NCBI GenBank assembly: GCA_977016875.1
Contig: CDRNST010000195.1
Span: 2,852,001-2,916,000 of the forward strand
Source of the DNA: Pavona decussata
Taxonomy: Eukaryota
DNA: 64,000 nt
Direction: 5' to 3'
A program made the position numbers and the translations under genes. Positions within the stretch are counted from its first letter, which is position 1; each line of letters begins with the position of its first letter. Below, in pieces: positions 62,251-64,000 of the stretch. The notes under the pieces were generated by a model. It searched no databases and was not told the DNA's origin. It saw nothing but the letters and a program-made list of their open reading frames with translations.

Positions 62251-62550
62251 ATCAGAGCAAATGGAACATATAGGTTGATGGTGCGAGATGTCAGCCAACA
62301 ATAAACAGCTGTTCAGTGATGGTGTTCAAAGTAATTGGTTAAGATATTGTCAATAAAAGTTGCACTACGATAAAATTCTCCAGAGGGATTTATGGTTTGG
62401 TGGTTCAACAGGTTCAGGTTGAAATCGCCCATTATATAGCATATTTTGTTGTCTCTTGAGGCTCTAACTAAGATTTCATTGAAGTCGGTAACGAAAACAT
62501 CAACACTTTGGTTTGTTGGTCTGTAAATTATGCCGACAGGAATTGTCATT
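62250..62550 (-). pseudogene. APE-type endonuclease fragment of a CR1/L2 LINE
   Basis: VGIIYRP, CYIMGDFNLNLL, SATFIDNILTN; internal deletion. Confidence 0.85.
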
Positions 62551-64000
62551 TCTGATTTGGCTAAGTGGTCTCAGCAACTATCAATATTAACATGAGCATC
62601 AGGGTTTTTTTTTTATTTGGGGGGGGGGGGGGGCATATACATATGTAAGACAGCAGTCAAGGTAGGAAGTTAAGGGAATAAAAAGAAAGTAGGATACAAG
62701 ATTGTGATCATATATGGTGAACAGAGCCATTTTGGAATTCATACAAAATCAAAGCAATTCCTCATTCCCTAGGTGACTTAATGGTGAAATATTGTTGAAA
62801 GCCATTGTAGAAGTGAATAACATTTATCAGCACTTACTAGAAGGCCTATCCTCAAAGATTAATCTGTCCAAAACAAAATATGGAATCTTTCCTGCTTAAA
62901 TACTTCAATTTTCAAACAAAATCTCTTCGGTCAGAGCATTGCAAGCAGCGGCTGTTGACAGCTATGAAAAAGAGGTTTCTCCCTTTTTTTTTTGATCTAA
63001 TTCAGCTGGTCAATTTTTTTTATAAAAGGAGACCATCAACTAGTATCAGACCTAGAATTGACCTACAACATGTTAAGATTAGTATCATGCACACCTTCAT
63101 GTGGATCTTCTTCCGTATTCTTCCTATCAGCCACTACATTGCTGTCTGAAACTATAAACAATAACATATTTGGTATTCACTTTATTTTCATCTTGTTAAT
63201 TACAGACGTTTGCGCACAAATTTTTCAGATGATAGATTTTTTACAAAATATTTAGTGCAGTCAGATAATCAGTTACTTCCAGAAAACCCCCAAAATGGGA
63301 GGTCACTGACCTCGTTTCAGTGTGGAAAACTACTCTGTTTTTGAAAAATTGGTGCATGTAACTCAGCATGGTTTACAGGGGTTTATAGTTAAAATATCGA
63401 AGGTGAGTCAATGAAGGCAAACCATCTCCTAGTCATTTTTTGTGAGAGTATGTCTGTTGGGTAAATAATTCCAAATGTTGTCAACGTTTTCACAAAACTT
63501 AACCCTTCAAGAGGCTTTTGGTCCGTCACACAGATAAAGAAAAAGAGCAAAAAATAACAGAACTTGGTTATGCATTTAGCAAAAAATTCAAACTTCTTAT
63601 CTATAGATTGCTTCAAAATCACATCAACATGGAGTGATCCTATATAACAATGTGATGCTGGTCAGCGGATTCAGTATTTTGACAGCTATCAATTAATTAT
63701 AACATAGATGTCCAATATCAAATAAGTACCTATGGTACCCATTCAAGCTGTTGAATTCTGCGAAGTTTGATTGCGGTAAGGTCTTTTGGAAGCACTGATG
63801 TGGATACAGTTAGTAGCCCTACTTCATTCATAATATTATTTTCCTCCATAGTATCTATCAAGCAAGACTGCAGTTTCGATTCTGTCACTGAATCTCATCA
63901 GTGGCTGTGTTAAGGTTTTGAGGAATGATTTTGAGGGATGGCTTCATTCTGTAGAAAGTGAGGCATGCAGCCATTTTGATGCATCGAAATGGCATGTGAT

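Overview
This is eukaryotic, AT-rich DNA with GT-AG introns and is almost entirely a graveyard of transposable elements. The repeat repertoire suggests a marine invertebrate, probably a stony coral (inference). No prokaryotic operons, rRNA, tRNA or CRISPR were found. The only clearly intact long gene is a piggyBac transposase inside a complete 2.4-kb element (27394-29829, TTAA TSD). By reading splice sites across frames I reconstructed several items the ORF track misses. (i) An 8-exon, phase-consistent Kolobok/Mutator-like DDE transposase pseudogene (126-2660, -). (ii) Scattered minus-strand exons of an intron-rich P-loop ATPase/helicase resembling DUF927/Cch-type helicases of prokaryotic mobile elements; exons that appear to belong to this family were independently amplified into both large tandem arrays (219-bp x6 at 7.9-9.3 kb, 611-bp x~4 at 59.9-62.2 kb). 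This is the best candidate for an undescribed system. (iii) A RAG1-N-terminus-like RING fragment. (iv) A spliced RecQ helicase behind an Academ-like terminus. (v) A probable decaying 4-exon FGF-like host gene (36.4-41.3 kb). Also present are DIRS/Ngaro, CR1/L2, Crypton, THAP, BEN, DEDDh, kinase and zinc-knuckle remnants, and five MITEs with readable TSDs. All family assignments come from motif recognition by eye; no database searches were run.
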